In this document: in pieces, positions 42,024-51,992 of the stretch | Numbering within the stretch: position 1 is the first letter of the stretch | How the letters are laid out: each line of letters starts with the position of its first letter | NCBI GenBank assembly: GCA_963662545.2 | Contig: CAXXLL010000003.1 | Coordinates: 1,696,001 to 1,760,000, forward strand | DNA: 64,000 nucleotides | Source of the DNA: Gammaproteobacteria bacterium | Lineage (GTDB): Bacteria > Pseudomonadota > Gammaproteobacteria > Ga0077536 | Reading direction: 5' to 3' | The notes under the pieces: model-generated | The model's input: only the letters and a program-made list of their open reading frames with translations | Told to the model about the DNA's origin: nothing | Database searches by the model: none | Position numbers and translations under genes: made by a program

Positions 42024-43837
42024 AAGCGGTCGAGATACGCAGTGAATTCTTCGGCATCTGCGAACCCGACCAGCCGGTTACTTCTCAATTCCTGACCGTC
42101 CTTGAAAAACAGCACCGCCGGAGGACCGAACAGCTCATAGCGTGACAGCAGCGCCTGATCGGCCGCGTCGTTAGCCGTGACGTCGGCGCGGAGCAGCACC
42201 AGCTCATCAAGCCTCGCCGCCACGTTCGCGTCGGTAAAGGTCCGGCGTTCGAGAATTTTACATTCCACGCACCAATCGGCGTAGAAATCCAGCATTACAT
42301 CGCGGCCATCCCGGCTCGCGCGTTGTAGTTGAAGATCGAGGCTTTCGATGCCCTTGATCTCGATGAACCGTGCGGTCGCAGGCTCGTCCGCGCCGCCGCC
42401 CACGAGCGGTGCCAGCGGAAAGGCAAGATCCTTACCGCCGACCGAAGCACCCACGATAAGCACCGCACCGTAGAACAGCATCGCCAGCCCCATCCCCTTG
42501 CGGAAGCGGCGCCAGCCGCCGTCCGACCTATCCAGGGCGTCAAGCGCGCCCAGGAAAAGGGACGACCCGACCAACAGCAGTGCCCACAGGGCAAGCGTCG
42601 CGCGACCGGGCAGGATGCGTTCCAAAAACCAGATCGCCATGCCAAGGAAGATCACGCCGAAAACCTTACTGACGACCTCCATCCAGGCACCCGCAGGCGG
42701 CAGTAACGCGCCGGTCGAAGTGCCAAGCACGACTAACGGCAATCCCATGCCAAGGCCGAGGGCGAACAGGGCACCGCCGCCGACCACGGCGGATCCGGTC
42801 TGGCCGATATAGATCAGGATACCCGCGAGCGGGGGCGCCACGCACGGCCCGACGATGACTGCTGAGAGCACGCCCATCACCGCGACGCCCGCATAGGTCC
42901 CGCCGCGCTGCGAGCGGCTCATTGCATCGAGGCGCTTTTGCAGGCGCGCCGGCAGCTTGATTTCGTAGAAGCCGAACATCGACAGCGCCAGCAAGACGAA
43001 GATCAGGCTGAATCCGATGATCACGGACGGTTGCTGGAAAGCGGCCTGCAGATTGCGGCCCAGCAGCCCGGCCGCGACACCCGCAGCGGCGTATGTCACG
43101 GCCATGGCGAGAACATAAGTTGAAGACAAGGTAAAAGCGCGGCGTGTGTTCACGGGTTGTTTCTGACCGACGATGATGCCGGACAAGATCGGAACCATGG
43201 GGAACACGCAGGGTGTAAACGCCAGCAGCACACCGAGGCTCAGGAACGTCGCCATCATTACCGGCAAGGATCGCACCGCGAGTTCATTCGCTATGCGATC
43301 GGATTCCGAAAATCCGCCCGGGGGTTCGAGCCCGGTGTTCGACATCTCGCCCTGGATAGGCGAGAACGCAACCGTTTTTTTCAACGGGGGATAACAGATG
43401 CCGTCTTCCGCGCAACCCTGGTAGCCCACTTCGGCCTCGAGCAGAAATTCGCCCGCCGGCCACTGTTCAACTGGAACGCGGACGGCGACGTGGTTTCTGA
43501 AAATGGCGACCGAACCAAACCCGGGATCGTCTTTCATCTCGCCCGCGGGGAGATCGGGCGCAGCGAGGACCAGGCCGGCCGTCTGCGGCCTGACCTTCAT
43601 TTTGTTTCGATAGAGGTAGTAACCCGGTTCGATCGCCCAGGCGATCGTGAGCCTACCGTCGCTCGCGATCTCGTGGGTCATGACGAAGGCTTCGTCGACC
43701 GGCAGGAATTCGCGTTCGCCGGCGCTCGAACTCTGCCTGGTCAGACGCTCGAGTTCATCGAGTACTCCCGCCCACGCAGCGCCGCTCACGACGCAGAGCG
43801 TGAGTACAATCAGCGCGTAAGGGCTTGTTTTATCCAT
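42020..43837 (-). CDS. dsbD: Protein-disulfide reductase DsbD
   Basis: YQGCAEDGICYPP, FTPCVFPM, GPCVAPPL, FYADWCVEC. Confidence 0.96.
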   Translation of the reverse strand: MDKTSPYALIVLTLCVVSGAAWAGVLDELERLTRQSSSAGEREFLPVDEAFVMTHEIASDGRLTIAWAIEPGYYLYRNKMKVRPQTAGLVLAAPDLPAGEMKDDPGFGSVAIFRNHVAVRVPVEQWPAGEFLLEAEVGYQGCAEDGICYPPLKKTVAFSPIQGEMSNTGLEPPGGFSESDRIANELAVRSLPVMMATFLSLGVLLAFTPCVFPMVPILSGIIVGQKQPVNTRRAFTLSSTYVLAMAVTYAAAGVAAGLLGRNLQAAFQQPSVIIGFSLIFVLLALSMFGFYEIKLPARLQKRLDAMSRSQRGGTYAGVAVMGVLSAVIVGPCVAPPLAGILIYIGQTGSAVVGGGALFALGLGMGLPLVVLGTSTGALLPPAGAWMEVVSKVFGVIFLGMAIWFLERILPGRATLALWALLLVGSSLFLGALDALDRSDGGWRRFRKGMGLAMLFYGAVLIVGASVGGKDLAFPLAPLVGGGADEPATARFIEIKGIESLDLQLQRASRDGRDVMLDFYADWCVECKILERRTFTDANVAARLDELVLLRADVTANDAADQALLSRYELFGPPAVLFFKDGQELRSNRLVGFADAEEFTAYLDRL

Positions 43838-44139
43838 TGGAGATAGGCTTCGGATCCGGTCTCGATAGAGACCGCGACGACCTCCGGGAGTTCATATGGA
43901 TGCCGGCTTTTCCAGAGGTTCTCAAGCGCACCATAAGCGTCGGCTGAGGTCTTGGCGAGCAGTAGGACTTCGGTTTCAGTTTCGATGGCGCCGTCCCATT
44001 CAAATATGGACGTGAGTCCCGGGATGATGTTGACACAGGCCGCAAGTTTCTGCTCCACCGCTTCGCGGGCGAGCATTTCACCGGTTTGTTGATCAGGGCA
44101 GGTGCATAAAACGATGAGAGCCAAAGGGCGAGTTGCCAT
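43810..44139 (-). CDS. cutA: Divalent-cation tolerance protein CutA
   Basis: LAACVNI, HPYELPE, YLQW. Confidence 0.95.
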   Translation of the reverse strand: MATRPLALIVLCTCPDQQTGEMLAREAVEQKLAACVNIIPGLTSIFEWDGAIETETEVLLLAKTSADAYGALENLWKSRHPYELPEVVAVSIETGSEAYLQWIKQALTR

Positions 44140-44306
44140 GCTTTTCCGGCCACTGTGACGACCGTGTTATTGTAATCTGCCTGCCGCATGACTATCTAAT
44201 CTCGGGAAAAGTGTCGTGCCGGCACAATTCCATTTGAACACGGTATTTGAAACCGTCCATGCTCCGCGTGATCGAGGGCTGCCGTTTAACAACAAGAGAT
44301 CCTAAG

Positions 44307-44738
44307 GTGCCGCCATTCTTCGTCTTGTTCGTGCTGCTGTTAAGCGTTCCGCTCATGGAGATCTTCGTACTGATCGAAGTCGGGCGTTCGATCGGTACGT
44401 CAACGACTGTCGCGCTGGTCGTGTTGACCGCCGTGATCGGGGCCTGGCTATTGCGCTGGCAGGGGCTGCATACACTGGCCCGCGTACAGGCGGCGATAAG
44501 CCGCAGAGAACTGCCCGCCATCGAACTCATCGAGGGGCTGATCCTGATCGTGACCGGCGTACTTCTGCTGACCCCGGGGTTCGTAACCGACGCCATCGGT
44601 TTTGCCTGCCTGCTACCCGCCGTTCGGCGGGGCTTTGCGATGCGGCTCGCGAATCGATTCATTATCCAACAGGTCCGTACCCATAGCGGCGGCGATCGTA
44701 CGATCGAAGGCGAGTACCGCATCGAAGACGATCGGTAA
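44307..44738 (+). CDS. fxsA: FxsA family membrane protein
   Basis: EIFVLIEVG, LLLTPGFVTD, TIEGEY; divergent from cutA. Confidence 0.93.
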   Translation: MPPFFVLFVLLLSVPLMEIFVLIEVGRSIGTSTTVALVVLTAVIGAWLLRWQGLHTLARVQAAISRRELPAIELIEGLILIVTGVLLLTPGFVTDAIGFACLLPAVRRGFAMRLANRFIIQQVRTHSGGDRTIEGEYRIEDDR

Positions 44739-44739
44739 G

Positions 44740-45110
44740 GCCTCCGAGGAAATGCGCGATCACAACCGCCGCGAAGACTCTTGTAGCGGCGCCGGTTCAC
44801 TGGACTTAAAGCACAGTGCCGGTGGTATGACTGAAATCGAATTTATGGTCGAATACGCGGTCCTCAGGTGGGCGCGCGATCATCCGCCGCCGCCCACTTG
44901 GACCGCTAACATCCGGTTACTCGAGACCATTGTTGACTTCGGGCGCATGTCGGTAGCCGCTTGTCGGTGCCTGTACGACGCCGGTTTCACCCATCGAGTC
45001 GATTTTCTTCGATGCGCCTGGTAGCAGCTGGAAAGCTAGGTCAAAGAAGGCTGGTTTCAGGAATGTCACTATGGAAATCTGCAGCGCGGTATTCACTTGA
45101 TCGTCGAATC
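44740..45110 (+). pseudogene. glnE: Eroded C-terminal remnant of glutamine synthetase adenylyltransferase
   Basis: DLKHSAGGMTEIEFMVEYAVLRWA...NIRLLE resembles the GlnE DLK...GG..DIEF..Q motif; no start, internal stops, directly upstream of ilvE. Confidence 0.78.
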
Positions 45111-45124
45111 TGGAGGACATCACG

Positions 45125-46048
45125 ATGAGCTACGCCGACCGTGACGGTGTGATCTGGATGGATGGACGCATGGTTCCCTGGCGTGAAGCCAAGGTGCACG
45201 TTTTGACCCATACGCTGCACTACGGCGTCGGCGCATTCGAGGGGATCCGGGCTTACAAAACGCCGCGGGGAACAGCGCTCTTTCGCCTCGACGACCATAT
45301 TCAGCGGCTTTACAACACCGCGCACATCCTCGAAATGGACATTCCCTACGAATTCGCGGTCATTCGGCAGGCTTGCATCGACGCCATCCGAGAGAACGGC
45401 CTGGAAACGGGTTATGTGCGCCCGCTGGTTTATTACGGATCGGAGGGCATGGGCCTGCATGCCGACAACCTGTCGGTACATGTCAGCATCGCCGCCTGGG
45501 TCTGGGGTGTGTACCTCGGCGCCGACGCGCTGGAACGCGGCATTCGGATCAAAACGTCTTCCTATACGCGACACCTGGTGAACAGCATCATGTGCCGCGC
45601 CAAGGCATGCGGCAACTACATCAATTCGATCATGGCCTTGCAGGAAGCCGCGCGCGACGGTTACGACGAAGCGCTGTTGCTCGACAACGAAGGCATGGTT
45701 GCTGAAGGCAGCGGCGAAAACATCTTCATCGTTCGCAAAGGCATCATATACACGCCGGATATCACGTCCGCTCTCGAGGGCATAACGCGCGAGACTGTCA
45801 TGAGCCTGGCGGCCGAAGAGGGGTTCCAAGTTGTCGAAAAGCGCATTACACGAGACGACGTCTACATCGCCAACGAAGCGTTCTTCACCGGGACGGCAGC
45901 GGAAGTCACCCCTATCCGTGAACTCGACAATCGCCAGATTGGCCAGGGTTCCATCGGCCCGATCACGCGCCAATTGCAGCAAGCTTATCTCGATCTTGTG
46001 GAAGGGCGACGCCAAGGCCCGAGTGAATGGTTAACCATCGTCGACTAA
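45125..46048 (+). CDS. ilvE: Branched-chain amino acid aminotransferase
   Basis: HTLHYGVGAFEGIRAY, KACGNY, EGSGEN, FFTGTAAEVTPI. Confidence 0.97.
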   Translation: MSYADRDGVIWMDGRMVPWREAKVHVLTHTLHYGVGAFEGIRAYKTPRGTALFRLDDHIQRLYNTAHILEMDIPYEFAVIRQACIDAIRENGLETGYVRPLVYYGSEGMGLHADNLSVHVSIAAWVWGVYLGADALERGIRIKTSSYTRHLVNSIMCRAKACGNYINSIMALQEAARDGYDEALLLDNEGMVAEGSGENIFIVRKGIIYTPDITSALEGITRETVMSLAAEEGFQVVEKRITRDDVYIANEAFFTGTAAEVTPIRELDNRQIGQGSIGPITRQLQQAYLDLVEGRRQGPSEWLTIVD

Positions 46049-46081
46049 CGTTCGCGCTTTGAGCCCGGCGCCGGATCGACG

Positions 46082-47020
46082 ATGAAGCAAAGCATCGTAA
46101 TTTGGCGCTTGACAGACGGTAAACAAGGCCACGAACGACAGACCGAAGGGCTCGCGAAGGCGCTCGCTTCACGCGTGACGGTCGAGGTCGGCACGATCGC
46201 CGTTCCCCCATCGCGCGCGCGCGGTTTCATGGAATTCTGTCTTGGCACTTTTCACCGCGGCGCCAAGTTGCCGACCCCCGTATTGATCATCGGCGCGGGT
46301 GCTGCGTGCCAGTGGCCGCTACTGGCCGCCCGCAGGGCGCGCGGCGGTCGTGCCGTCTATCTCATGCGCCCGGCATTACCGCCGGCATGGTTCGATCTCT
46401 GCATAGTGCCCAAGCATGACCGGCCCAAGGAGAGCCCCAAGCTCATCGTCAGCGACGGTCCGCTGAACCCGATGGAAAGGAGGTCGAATCAGCGTCAGGA
46501 TCGCGGGCTCATTCTCCTGGGCGGCCCCTCGTCGCATCACGCCTGGGATACTCCCGCGGTGGTACGCGACGTGCTCGCCATCGTCGATCGGCGACCGGAG
46601 ATCGCCTGGCAGATTTCAGATTCGAGGCGCTCGCCTAAGGATCTAGGTGAAGCCATGTCGGCGCTGTCGCGGACGAACGTCCGCTTCGTGCCTAACGCGG
46701 AGACGACCGGCGCCTGGCTGCCCGAAACGCTGGGGCGGGCGCGTTATGTCTGGGTCAGCGGTGACAGCGTCGCCATGATCTACGAGGCCCTGACGGCGGG
46801 TGCGAAAGTTGGCATCATCGAGGTCCCCGCCAAGCGGCGTGATCGCATCACCAGCGGCGTCAAGGACCTCAAAGCGGCGGGGCGAGTCGCGACCCTGGCC
46901 GATTGGGCGCGGGACGGCGACCTGAAGCTCGATGACTCGCCGTTGGACGAAGCGGGTCGCTGCGCCGATGTCATTCTCGATCGATGGCCGGATATCCGCA
47001 GCGGGAAACGTCCGGCTTGA
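46082..47020 (+). CDS. ELM1/GtrOC1-family putative glycosyltransferase
   Basis: TDGKQGHERQ, FDLCIVPKHD, LLGGPS, SRRSP, DSVAMIYEA. Confidence 0.85.
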   Translation: MKQSIVIWRLTDGKQGHERQTEGLAKALASRVTVEVGTIAVPPSRARGFMEFCLGTFHRGAKLPTPVLIIGAGAACQWPLLAARRARGGRAVYLMRPALPPAWFDLCIVPKHDRPKESPKLIVSDGPLNPMERRSNQRQDRGLILLGGPSSHHAWDTPAVVRDVLAIVDRRPEIAWQISDSRRSPKDLGEAMSALSRTNVRFVPNAETTGAWLPETLGRARYVWVSGDSVAMIYEALTAGAKVGIIEVPAKRRDRITSGVKDLKAAGRVATLADWARDGDLKLDDSPLDEAGRCADVILDRWPDIRSGKRPA

Positions 47021-48144
47021 TCGCGCACCGCTTAACCGTCATGCAACTGCTGCCCGAACTCGAGGTCGGTGGTGTCGAGCGCGGCACGCTCGAGATCGCT
47101 GCCGCGCTATGCCGCGCCGGACACCGCGCGCTGGTCGTCTGCGCGCCGGGCCGACTGGTCGAGGAACTCGAGAGCTGCGGCGCCGAACACATTTCCTTAG
47201 CGATCGGCGAGAAGCGGATCGGGAGCCTTCGACACGTCCGCAGCCTGCGCAAGCTCATCGTCGAGCGGCAGGTCGACATCGTGCATGCACGTTCCCGGCT
47301 CCCTGCGTGGCTGGGACATTTGGCCTGCAAGCGCCTGAGCGACGTCGCGCGGCCGGCTTGGGTGACGACCGTTCACGGTCCATACAGCGTTAACCCTTAC
47401 AGCCGCATCATGGTCACCGGAGAAGTCGTGATCGCGATATCAGAATTCATCAAGCGTTACATCGTCGATTCGTACCGGGGAATCGAGGCTCACCGTATCG
47501 AGGTGATCCCGCGCGGTGTCGACCGCAATAAATTCCGTTTTGGATTCACGCCGCCGACGGCATGGATGTCGGCTTGGCAAGCCGACCACCCGGCCCTAGC
47601 CGGAAAAGCCCTGTTAACCTTGCCGGCGCGCCTCACCCGCTGGAAGGGCCAGCTCGACTTCATCGAAATGATCGCGCGATTGCGCCGCCGCGATGCAAAC
47701 GTGCATGGCCTCATTCCGGGGGCCGAGCACCGAGGTCGGGGATCTTTCGAAGACGAACTCAAACACGCCGTCCAGCGATTGGGGCTAGCCCGGGATATCA
47801 CTTTTTTGGGCCACCGGCGCGATCTCCGCGAGATCCTCGCGATATCCGACATCGCCTATTCACTGGCGCGGGAGCCGGAAGCCTTCGGACGCACGACAGT
47901 GGAGGCCCTGAGCCTGGGAACACCTGTGATCGGTTTCGAACACGGTGGAACCGTGGAAATTCTGCGGAGCGTTTTTCCGCAGGGGCTCGTAAACGTGGGC
48001 GATGTCGCGGCGGCCGCCGACCTTACGGCGCAACTCTTAGAATCCCAGCCGCAGTTGCCGCGGGAGCATCCGTTTACGCTCACGCGGATGCAGGATGCTA
48101 CGCTGTCCGTCTATCAGCGCTTGTCACATCACCAGCGCGTGTAA
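47017..48144 (+). CDS. GT4 glycosyltransferase
   Basis: GGVERGTLE, HARSRLPAW, PEAFGRTTVEA. Confidence 0.92.
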   Translation: MIAHRLTVMQLLPELEVGGVERGTLEIAAALCRAGHRALVVCAPGRLVEELESCGAEHISLAIGEKRIGSLRHVRSLRKLIVERQVDIVHARSRLPAWLGHLACKRLSDVARPAWVTTVHGPYSVNPYSRIMVTGEVVIAISEFIKRYIVDSYRGIEAHRIEVIPRGVDRNKFRFGFTPPTAWMSAWQADHPALAGKALLTLPARLTRWKGQLDFIEMIARLRRRDANVHGLIPGAEHRGRGSFEDELKHAVQRLGLARDITFLGHRRDLREILAISDIAYSLAREPEAFGRTTVEALSLGTPVIGFEHGGTVEILRSVFPQGLVNVGDVAAAADLTAQLLESQPQLPREHPFTLTRMQDATLSVYQRLSHHQRV

Positions 48145-48944
48145 TCGTAGCCGAAATCGTGGCGCAGACACGCCGTTAAGACCTTGGTCAGGAACGCTTT
48201 TCCCGCCTCGTCGAAAAATGCATGTGGAGCGGCCGTTTCCGATCGCACGGCGCCCGGGGGGCGTAGCGGATCGTCTTTTTCCTGCATCAAGGGGCGGGTC
48301 GAGACTGCGACCCCGTGTTCAATGGCCGCGTGCGAGAGGTCGAGGTCGAGGTCATGCGCGATGCGTTCGAGTTCACCCGCAGCATCGTTTGCTAGCGTTT
48401 CGTAGCGAATCACAGTCACCCGTTTCGGTACCTTCTGTCGGACTTCGCCCCAGCTGTTGAGGAAACGCAGCGACCACCAGAGGTCGTGGTTAAACATGCG
48501 TCCGCGCGTATCCCCCGCGAGATACTCCGAAAACGACACCCCATAGGCGCTCCGCCACTTCGTGTAGTTCGACGCCAGGGCCGTCCTGATGTCGCGTACC
48601 AGAACGACGTAGCGCGGCAGCTTGCAGAGCCCGTGAACGCTTGCGAATCTGAGCAGCGGGTGCGCGATCGTATGACTGGCGATGATGCGGGGTAGCTGCG
48701 GATAGAGCGGTAAGTCCTTCGGTCCGCCGATGATGTCATTGGCATGATTGTAGGCCGGCGGTGGCGTCCCGTATTGATGAGATAATGCATTGGCCAACAT
48801 GAACTTGAGCCAATGAGTACCGGATTGATGCATGCTCAGCAGATGGCCGACGCAATGTCGATGCTTGATCAACGCGAAGTTACCCAGATTTCTGCGCCAG
48901 GCGTGCAGTCGAAAACGGAAGATCAGCGGTTGTGGATCTAGCAT
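48129..48944 (-). CDS. Sulfotransferase-domain protein
   Basis: SMHQSGTHWL (5'-PSB-like loop), LVRDIRTALASNY (3'-PB-like), IRYETL. Confidence 0.72.
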   Translation of the reverse strand: MLDPQPLIFRFRLHAWRRNLGNFALIKHRHCVGHLLSMHQSGTHWLKFMLANALSHQYGTPPPAYNHANDIIGGPKDLPLYPQLPRIIASHTIAHPLLRFASVHGLCKLPRYVVLVRDIRTALASNYTKWRSAYGVSFSEYLAGDTRGRMFNHDLWWSLRFLNSWGEVRQKVPKRVTVIRYETLANDAAGELERIAHDLDLDLSHAAIEHGVAVSTRPLMQEKDDPLRPPGAVRSETAAPHAFFDEAGKAFLTKVLTACLRHDFGYDYTRW

Positions 48945-48998
48945 GCCAGGTCAGCCGCGCGCGAGCCGTGACGCGGATATGAACCGACCAGCGCCACG

Positions 48999-49964
48999 AT
49001 GAACCGCGTCCTCGTGATCAAACTGCGTGCGCTGGGCGACGTTGTCATGTCGACGCCGCTGATAGACGCCATTCAGAAGTTCCATCACAACGCTGAACTT
49101 CACTTGCTGACGACGCCGGCGTTCGCGCCGTTGTTTGACGCGTGGCCGAATCTGGAGGTCGCATCGTTTCCCCGCCGCGGCTGGCGCAGTATGTTCAAGC
49201 TCGTCCGCTGGTTACGTCAGGCTGAATTCGATCGTATCTACGATCTGCAAGGTAACGATCGAACGGCCATCTGGTGCGCATTATCCGGCTCGCCTGAACG
49301 CGTCGGTAACCATAACAGATACCCCAATACCCATCACCCGCCGAACGCCTGGCATGGACAATGTCACATCTTCGATCGCATGGTGGCGGTTCTTGCCAGC
49401 GCCGGGATCTCTGAGGTCGACCGTAGGCCCGTGCTCCCGCGCGGCAAAGACGAACAGCACCACGTCGAACAATGGCTCGCTAGGAAGCATCTCGGCGCCG
49501 GCGGTTTCGCCATCCTGCATGCGGGCGCGAGCATCGCACGGCGTGACAAGATCTGGCCGCATTTCGCGACCCTGGCCGAGCGAATTGCGGAAAGCGGAAT
49601 GCGCATCGTATGGATAGGAGGCGAACCAGATCGTGAGCGCAATGCCGCACTCGCGGCAGCCACCGGAATCGATTCGACCGGGGAATTCAGCGTCACGGAG
49701 ATCGCCGCGCTCGGCGAACACGCGCGCTTTGCCGTCACCAACGACTCCGGCCCCATGCACGTGCTATCCGCATCACGTATCCCTGTGTTCGGCTTGTTCG
49801 GGCCGAGCGACTGGCACCGCAATCATGCGCTCGGGCAGGTCGATCGCGTCATCGCCTGCGTTGAACACGATGCGGCCTACAGCAGCAAGGCGTCTGCCGA
49901 CTGTCTTGCGTCGATTCCACCGGAAGTCGTCCATGCGCGGCTCGTCGCCGAAAACCTTTTGTGA
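48999..49964 (+). CDS. GT9 (heptosyltransferase-like) glycosyltransferase
   Basis: IKLRALGDVV, VTNDSGPMH, GLFGPS. Confidence 0.92.
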   Translation: MNRVLVIKLRALGDVVMSTPLIDAIQKFHHNAELHLLTTPAFAPLFDAWPNLEVASFPRRGWRSMFKLVRWLRQAEFDRIYDLQGNDRTAIWCALSGSPERVGNHNRYPNTHHPPNAWHGQCHIFDRMVAVLASAGISEVDRRPVLPRGKDEQHHVEQWLARKHLGAGGFAILHAGASIARRDKIWPHFATLAERIAESGMRIVWIGGEPDRERNAALAAATGIDSTGEFSVTEIAALGEHARFAVTNDSGPMHVLSASRIPVFGLFGPSDWHRNHALGQVDRVIACVEHDAAYSSKASADCLASIPPEVVHARLVAENLL

Positions 49965-50009
49965 GCTTGACAGGTCGGTGGTTCTACACGGTGTTGCCGT
50001 TATCGTGCT

Positions 50010-51044
50010 CTACTGCTTTGTGAGATCGTCGTAGACCTCAAGGTAGCGGTCAATAACCGTCTTCGCGTCGAATTTCTCACTGAAACGGCGTTGTGCTTTG
50101 CGCGCACGCTCGGCAGCTTCGTGTGGGTTACGTGCGATGTTGGTGATTGCGCGGGCGAGGCCTTCCGGATCGTCGCGCTCGACGAGCAGCGCCGTTTCCT
50201 CATTCAAGACTTCGAGCGGACCGCTTGTACGCGTAGCTACAATGGGCACGCCGCAGGCCATCGCTTCGAGCAGCGCAATACCGAATGGTTCTTCCCGTGA
50301 CGGTAGAACGAAGACGTGCGCGTTTGAAAGAAAACTCTCTACATCGTCAGTCCATCCGGGGAAGCTCACTTTGTCGAGTAACTCGAGTTCGCCGGCAAGC
50401 GCTCCCAGAATCCGTTCCTGCGGCCCAGCGCCAGCGATCTCGAGCCGCGCGTCGACACCGGCGACAACAACGCGCGCGACGGCATGCAACAAAAGATCAA
50501 ATCCCTTTTTCTCGACAAAACGTCCCAGTGACTTGATGACGAGGGCTTCGCCCGCCGAGCGCTCGGTGCCGGCGGTCGGTTCGAACGCACAAAAATTGGG
50601 TATTTTCACGATAGCTGTCGCCGGGATCCCGTTTTCGAGAAGGTAGGTCTGCTGTTCGTTTGTGGTCGCAACCAGGCGATCTATGTAACGGTAATAACCG
50701 AGCTTCACCAAATTGTGCGTTTTCGCCAGTGTCGGCGCAGTGCCGTGCGCGGCACGTCCCCCGAGGTATGCCGCCCGCGCAAGATGCGTTTGCACGAGGT
50801 CGGGAGCGAAGCGCACCAGATGCTGCTTGATTCGAAAACTGCACAGCCAATCCCAGACCCCACGACACTTAATCCGCTCGCATTGTATGTTCGCATGACG
50901 CGGTAGTTTTCCCAGCGCCTCACCACGCGGATCGCCAATCGCAAGTACCTGCAAACCACGTTCGGCGAGCCCGATGGTCAAATCGACGAAAGAACGCTCG
51001 GCGCCGCCGAAACGTTTTGCCAGCATGATCTGCGCCACTCGCAT
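50010..51044 (-). CDS. GT4 glycosyltransferase
   Basis: GGAERSF, GRFVEKKGFD, PSREEPFGIALLEAM. Confidence 0.92.
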   Translation of the reverse strand: MRVAQIMLAKRFGGAERSFVDLTIGLAERGLQVLAIGDPRGEALGKLPRHANIQCERIKCRGVWDWLCSFRIKQHLVRFAPDLVQTHLARAAYLGGRAAHGTAPTLAKTHNLVKLGYYRYIDRLVATTNEQQTYLLENGIPATAIVKIPNFCAFEPTAGTERSAGEALVIKSLGRFVEKKGFDLLLHAVARVVVAGVDARLEIAGAGPQERILGALAGELELLDKVSFPGWTDDVESFLSNAHVFVLPSREEPFGIALLEAMACGVPIVATRTSGPLEVLNEETALLVERDDPEGLARAITNIARNPHEAAERARKAQRRFSEKFDAKTVIDRYLEVYDDLTKQ

Positions 51045-51049
51045 TGGCG

Positions 51050-51985
51050 TCAGGCTTCCGTGGGCGACGAAAGCGCGCACAGGCTTTCGAACACCTGGGC
51101 CGGCAGAAGGTCGTCTAACTGGCGGTCCGGGGCCAAGACCACGCGTGCGCTAAGGCCCCAGGGGCGGTAGCGTTCCGGCCGTCCGGGCCCAAATACCGTC
51201 ACCGTCGGGATCGACAGTGCCGCGGCCATGTGACCGAGTCCGGAATCATTACCGACAAACGCCGTAGCACGTGCAATCGCCGCGCAGGCCGTCGGTAAAT
51301 CGGTGACCCCAACCAGGTTGCACACCGGCAAGTCGAGGTCTTCCAGCGATCGAGAAGCGGGCTGATCGTCGGCCGATCCCAGAATGACCGCCCCGTCGAA
51401 AGCGGTGGCCGCCATTTGCAGCAATTCGTGGTAGTGCCGACTAGGCCATCTTTTGCCCCGCCAGTTCGCGCCCGGCGCTACCGCCAGCCAGGTTTTTCCG
51501 GGGAGCGCATCGAGGAGTTCTTCGGCACGCAGACGTGCGTTCTCGGCGAGGTGCAGTCGGCATGGCGGAATCTCTGCGCCGGACGGCAATACGGATCGAA
51601 CGACCTCGAAATGTTCTTCGACCGCGTGGACACCCGGAACAGCGGTGCGTAGTTTGATCAGGCAGCGCTCGGCGCGCAGCAGGTAGGGGATGAGTGGGGT
51701 TCGCAGATCGACGATCAACACGTAGCGGCGGCCGCGCAGACGTTTGACCAGCTCGAACTGGGCAGTCCAGCCAGCGCGCTTGTCTCGTATGAAGAGTTCA
51801 CCGATATAAGGCGCGCTGGCGAGCAGTTCACAGGAACGCGCATCCGCGAGGCAATCGATCGGGCAATCGGGATATTGGCGGCTCAAGGCCTCGAACACCG
51901 GCGTGGTCATGACCAGGTCCCCGATATTGCTCAAGGTGATGACGAGCAGTCGCCCGTTTTCCCTTCGACCCATTACTTTGACCAC
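51050..51985 (-). CDS. GT9 glycosyltransferase
   Basis: ITLSNIGDLV, VGNDSGLGH, VFGPG. Confidence 0.92.
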   Translation of the reverse strand: MVKVMGRRENGRLLVITLSNIGDLVMTTPVFEALSRQYPDCPIDCLADARSCELLASAPYIGELFIRDKRAGWTAQFELVKRLRGRRYVLIVDLRTPLIPYLLRAERCLIKLRTAVPGVHAVEEHFEVVRSVLPSGAEIPPCRLHLAENARLRAEELLDALPGKTWLAVAPGANWRGKRWPSRHYHELLQMAATAFDGAVILGSADDQPASRSLEDLDLPVCNLVGVTDLPTACAAIARATAFVGNDSGLGHMAAALSIPTVTVFGPGRPERYRPWGLSARVVLAPDRQLDDLLPAQVFESLCALSSPTEA

Positions 51986-51992
51986 GATGCGA

